Source: Candidatus Eiseniibacteriota bacterium
GTDB lineage: Bacteria; Eisenbacteria; RBG-16-71-46
Assembly: GCA_963707915.1 (NCBI GenBank)
Contig: OY970178.1
Coordinates: 32,001 to 96,000, forward strand
Reading direction: 5' to 3'
Length of the DNA: 64,000 bases
The notes below the pieces were generated by a model. That model worked only from the letters and a program-made list of their open reading frames with translations. It had not been told where the DNA came from and made no database searches. The translations under genes and the position numbers were made by a program. Position 1 is the first letter of the stretch. Every line of letters starts with the position of its first letter. Of this stretch, positions 60,194 through 64,000 are shown one piece after another.

Positions 60194-61423
60194 TCAGCCG
60201 AAGAACAGGTAGCAGACCAGGATCGCCGCCACCACGCCGGCCGCGTCGGCCGCCAGCCCGCAGCCCAGCGCGTGTCGCGTGCGCTTCACGCCGACCGAGC
60301 CGAAGTAGACCGCGAGGATGTAGAACGTGGTCTCGGTGCTGCCCTGGATCACGCACGACAGCCGGCCCGCGAACGAATCGGGGCCGAGCGTCTTCATGGT
60401 CTCGACCATCAGGCCGCGCGCCCCGCTGCCGCTGAGCGGCTTGATCAGCGCCACCGGCAGGGCGTCGACCCAGCGGGTGTCGAGCGCCAGCGCGCCCACC
60501 CCGGCGCGCACGCCGCCGAGCAGCGCCTCGAGCGCGCCGCTGGCGCGCAGCGCTCCGACCGCCACCAGGATGGCGACCAGGTAGGGGACGATCCCGACCG
60601 CGACCTGGAAGCCCTCCTTCGCGCCCTCGACGAAGGTCTCGTAGAGCGGAACCCGGCGGCGCGCGCCGGCGGCCAGGAACAGCACGATCACGCTCAGCAG
60701 CATCGCGTTCGCCAGCAGGGCCGACTGCCGGCCGACCTCGGCGGCGTCGAGCCGGGCGAAGTACCAGACCAGCCCGCCCACCACGGCGGTGAGCAGGCCG
60801 AGCCAGCCCACCACCACCCGGTTCCAGAGGTTCAGGCGCTGGATCGCCGCCGTGACCAGCAGGCCGCACATCGTGCTGCAGTAGGTGGCGATCAGGATCG
60901 GGACGAAGACGTCGGTCGGGTCGGCCGCCCCGAGTTGGGCGCGGAACGTGAAGATGGTCATCGGCAGCACCGTCACCGACGAGGCGTTGATCACCATGAA
61001 GAGGATCATCTCGTCGGTGGCGCGCTCGGGCTCGGAGTTGAGCGTCTGCAGCTCGCGCATCGCCTTCAGGCCGAGCGGGGTCGCCGCGTTGTCGAGGCCG
61101 AGCGCGTTGGCCGAGAGGTTCATCACGATGGCACCCGCGGCCGGGTGCCCGTCGGGCAGGCCGGGGAACAGACGCCGGAACAGCGGCCGGAACGCGCGCG
61201 CGATCGCCTCGACCACGCCGCCCTTCTCGCCGATGCGCATCAGGCCGAGCCACAGGCTCATCACGCCGGTCAGGCCCAGGGCGATCTCGAAGCCGGTCTT
61301 CGCCGAGTCGAACAGCGCGCCGACCACGTCGCGGAAGACGTCCGGCCGGCCGAACACCAGCGCCTGCACGATGGCGGCGGCGAAGGCCACCACGAAGAAC
61401 GCGGCCCAGATCCAGTTGAGCAT
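60194..61423 (-). CDS. SpmA-SpmB fusion (nucleoside recognition Gate domain) membrane protein
   Basis: MLNWIW, NALGLDNAATPLGLKAM, FVEGAKEGF, KPLSGSGARG, GSTETTFYILAVYFG. Confidence 0.92.
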   Translation of the reverse strand: MLNWIWAAFFVVAFAAAIVQALVFGRPDVFRDVVGALFDSAKTGFEIALGLTGVMSLWLGLMRIGEKGGVVEAIARAFRPLFRRLFPGLPDGHPAAGAIVMNLSANALGLDNAATPLGLKAMRELQTLNSEPERATDEMILFMVINASSVTVLPMTIFTFRAQLGAADPTDVFVPILIATYCSTMCGLLVTAAIQRLNLWNRVVVGWLGLLTAVVGGLVWYFARLDAAEVGRQSALLANAMLLSVIVLFLAAGARRRVPLYETFVEGAKEGFQVAVGIVPYLVAILVAVGALRASGALEALLGGVRAGVGALALDTRWVDALPVALIKPLSGSGARGLMVETMKTLGPDSFAGRLSCVIQGSTETTFYILAVYFGSVGVKRTRHALGCGLAADAAGVVAAILVCYLFFG

Positions 61424-61605
61424 GGGCGGCAGCATAAGCGAAGCCGGCGCGCAGGTCATGCGCCGGGCGCCGGTGCCGGCGGCGGCGGGCGGCGAGCGGC
61501 CGCGGCGAGCGGGGGGAGGGGGTCCCGCCGGGCGCTCCGCCAGCGCTCGCACGAACGCCCCCGGGGCAGCCCGGGGGCGTCGCGCGCGGAGGATACGCCT
61601 CCGGC

Positions 61606-62508
61606 TCAGGCCTTCGCGCCGGCCTGGGCTGCGGCCTCGACCGCGGGCTTGATCGTGTCGAGCGCGAACTGCCGAAGCGTGGTGGGCGTGGTGGTGTCGG
61701 GCGTCCGCGGCTCGGCCTGCTGGAACACCCCGCTGCCCATGGCCGAGTACATCTCGACATAGGCGTCGGCGACGTAGTCCGGCAGCCCGCTCTCCCGCAT
61801 GGACTGCCTGGCCTGGTCGGCGGTGACCTGGATGAACCGGACCGGCCGTCCCAGCGCTTCACCGACGATCCGCGCGGTCGACTCGTAATCCAGGTCCGCG
61901 GGCCCGTGCAGGCCCAGGATGCGCTGCCCGGTCCAGGTGCCCTCGCCCAGCAGGGCGGCCGCCCGCGCCGCGATGTCGCGCGTCGCGATCTGCGGAAAGC
62001 GAACGTGCCCCGTGATCGGCGCGAAGATCGCGCCCATCGAGCCGATGCTCGCGAGGCTGCCGAGGTGGTTCTCCATGAAGAAGGTGGGCCGCAGGATGAC
62101 CAGATCGGGGAAGCCGGCCTGGAACTCGCGTTCCACCCGGTGCAGCGACGAGATCGGTCCCACGCCACCGGGCACCTGCGCGCTGATGCTGGAGAGCATG
62201 ACCGCGCGCTTGACACCGTTCCGGCGGGCGGTCGCGACGGCGAGCTTCGCCAGGTCGTGGGCCCAGCGCAGGTAGTCGGGGTTCGCCAGGCTGGGGGTGA
62301 CCCAGAACATCGTGTCCACGCCCTGGGTGGCGCGGTCCAGGACGGCCGGATCCTCGAGGGCGCCCTGCACGACGGGGGCCCGCGTGCCGAGGCCCTCCAA
62401 CTTCTGCGGGTGGCGCGCGACCAGGGTGAGGTCGAGGCCGGCGTCGAGCAGGTGCCTGGCGACCTGGCCGCCGACCCTGCCGGTGGGGGTGTTGACGAGG
62501 ATGCGCAT
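61606..62508 (-). CDS. NmrA-like NAD(P)H-binding protein
   Basis: GGAG RBS; ILVNTPTGRVG, LSSI, LRPTFFMEN, IATRDIA, GP.DL. Confidence 0.9.
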   Translation of the reverse strand: MRILVNTPTGRVGGQVARHLLDAGLDLTLVARHPQKLEGLGTRAPVVQGALEDPAVLDRATQGVDTMFWVTPSLANPDYLRWAHDLAKLAVATARRNGVKRAVMLSSISAQVPGGVGPISSLHRVEREFQAGFPDLVILRPTFFMENHLGSLASIGSMGAIFAPITGHVRFPQIATRDIAARAAALLGEGTWTGQRILGLHGPADLDYESTARIVGEALGRPVRFIQVTADQARQSMRESGLPDYVADAYVEMYSAMGSGVFQQAEPRTPDTTTPTTLRQFALDTIKPAVEAAAQAGAKA

Positions 62509-62741
62509 CTGCTGGCTCCAGTGATCGTGTGCGTTGCAGTCCGTGGTCGGTGCGAAGGTTCCGTCCGTCGGCGGCGTCCTGCCCATGACCGGGCCCGGGC
62601 GTCCCGAGCCATTCAGATGCCCCGTGCCCGCGACGGATGCACCGGTGGCCCCGCTGCGCGGGCCGGGGGACGGCGTGCTAGCCTCGACGTCGCCGGGCGC
62701 TGTCCCCGGCGCGCGACCCATCTCGGAGGCCTCGACGACCG

Positions 62742-63929
62742 ATGAAGTACGCCATCATCCTGCCCGACGGAGCGGCCGACGTCCCGCTCGAGCCGCTGGG
62801 CGGACGGACCCCGCTGGAGGCCGCCCGCATCCCCTGCATGGATCGCGTCGCGGGGAGCGGCCGGCTGGGTCGTTTCGTGACCATCCCGGACGGGTTCACG
62901 CCGGCCACGGATGTCGGCACGCTCTCGGTCCTCGGCTACGATCCGCACGTCTGCTACTCGGGGCGCGCGCCGATCGAGGCCGCGGCGAAGGGGCTGGCGG
63001 TGCGGGCCGACCAGCTGGTCTTCCGCTGCAACTTCGTGACGGTCCTCGACGGCCTCATGAAGGACAACACCGCCGGCCACATCCACCAGGACGAGGCCGA
63101 GGCGCTGATCGTCGCACTGCAGCGGGAGCTGGCGGAGGAAGGCTGCGAGTTCCACGCGGGCGTGACCTACCGCAACCTGATGCTCCTCGCCGATGCCACG
63201 GAGATGACGCTGCGCTGCGCGCCGCCGCACGACATCATCGGCGAGCCGGTCGCGGCGCACCTGCCCCGGGGCGGGGGCGCCGCGCGGGTCGCGGCGATCG
63301 CTGAACGGGCTCGCGCGGTGATCGCCGCTCACGAGGTGAACCGGGAGCGGCGGGCGCAGGGGCGCGACCCGGTCACCGACATCTGGCTCTGGGGCCAGGG
63401 CCGCCCGACGGTGCTCGAGCCCTTCGCCGCGCGCTTCGGGGTGCGCTCCGCGGTCATCACCGGCGTGGACATCCTGCGCGGCATGGCCCGCCTGGCGGGG
63501 ATGGAGCTGCTCGAGGTGCCGGGCGCGACGGGCTACATCGACACGAACTACGCCGGCAAGGGGGCGGCGGCGGTGCGCGCGCTGGACGAGTTCGACCTGG
63601 TCGTCGTCCACGTCGAGGCGGCCGACGAGTCCGCGCACATGGGCAGTGCCGGGGAGAAGGTCAAGGCGCTCGAGCGGATCGACGAGGCGGTCGTCGGGCC
63701 GCTCCTCGAGCGGCTGGCCTGCGAGCCCGACTGGCGCGTGTTGGTGGCGGTCGATCATCCGACCCTGACCACGACGCGCGGGCACTCGGCCATCCCGCCG
63801 CTGTTCGCCTTCGCCGGCACCGGCGTCGCCGCGGTCGAGTGCGCCGCGTTCACGGAGGCGGCGGCCGACGCGGGCGGCTACTGGGTGCGGCCGGCCCACG
63901 ACCTGATGCGCATCTTCCTCGGGCGCTGA
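62742..63929 (+). CDS. apgM: Cofactor-independent phosphoglycerate mutase-like (ApgM family)
   Basis: PDGAAD, TPLEAA..P.MD, SVLGYDP, GRAPIEA, FRCN, WLWGQG, GATGYIDTNY, HVEAADE..H, DHPT, HS. Confidence 0.88.
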   Translation: MKYAIILPDGAADVPLEPLGGRTPLEAARIPCMDRVAGSGRLGRFVTIPDGFTPATDVGTLSVLGYDPHVCYSGRAPIEAAAKGLAVRADQLVFRCNFVTVLDGLMKDNTAGHIHQDEAEALIVALQRELAEEGCEFHAGVTYRNLMLLADATEMTLRCAPPHDIIGEPVAAHLPRGGGAARVAAIAERARAVIAAHEVNRERRAQGRDPVTDIWLWGQGRPTVLEPFAARFGVRSAVITGVDILRGMARLAGMELLEVPGATGYIDTNYAGKGAAAVRALDEFDLVVVHVEAADESAHMGSAGEKVKALERIDEAVVGPLLERLACEPDWRVLVAVDHPTLTTTRGHSAIPPLFAFAGTGVAAVECAAFTEAAADAGGYWVRPAHDLMRIFLGR

Positions 63930-64000
63930 TCGACGCGGTCCGGGGCGTCGGATCCGTCTCCAGCGTGCCCGGTCCGGCCCGCCGCGCGCTACTTCCGCCG

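Noticed and set aside
60194..61423. Spore maturation protein as evidence of sporulation
   Set aside because: SpmAB fusions are widespread in non-sporulating diderms

Overview
Very GC-rich bacterial chromosomal window with about 45 genes. I found no rRNA, tRNA, CRISPR array or mobile element. A secreted protein ending in TWGxxKxxYR and another with a C-terminal FlgD/T9SS-like Ig domain suggest Candidatus Eisenbacteria or a related FCB lineage (inference). Contents in order: (1) 1-7.1 kb, a glycan-utilisation locus: partial F5/8-associated (alpha/alpha)6 glycosidase, a stand-alone NdvB-type GH94 phosphorylase, the TWG-tailed secreted protein and a GlmA-like GH35. Its divergent intergenic region holds a perfect LacI-type operator, a sigma70 promoter and a ~147-nt rod-like hairpin, a candidate novel ncRNA or leader. 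(2) Stress and housekeeping genes: OYE, PAS hybrid kinase, MsrA, DEAD-box helicase, CDF. (3) A LOG + RNB pair with many +1 insertions at wobble positions, most likely a mixed-strain consensus artefact. (4) An ~15-kb Wzx/Wzy polysaccharide cluster with a GT2-TM-(GH-like) fusion, an apparently inactive S1/P1-nuclease/PLC-like secreted protein and a sigma54 promoter; six of its proteins end in -AA. wzi and lpxR lie nearby. (5) An S1 paralogue with an RGG-repeat tail, Dcp, a Cys-less redoxin followed by acn-icd-gltA, Tat-signal TldD with TldE, DUF2911, SSS + PIG-L, pirin, a frameshifted BBE oxidase, SpmAB, NmrA and an ApgM-like mutase. All calls come from visual motif recognition; no searches were run.
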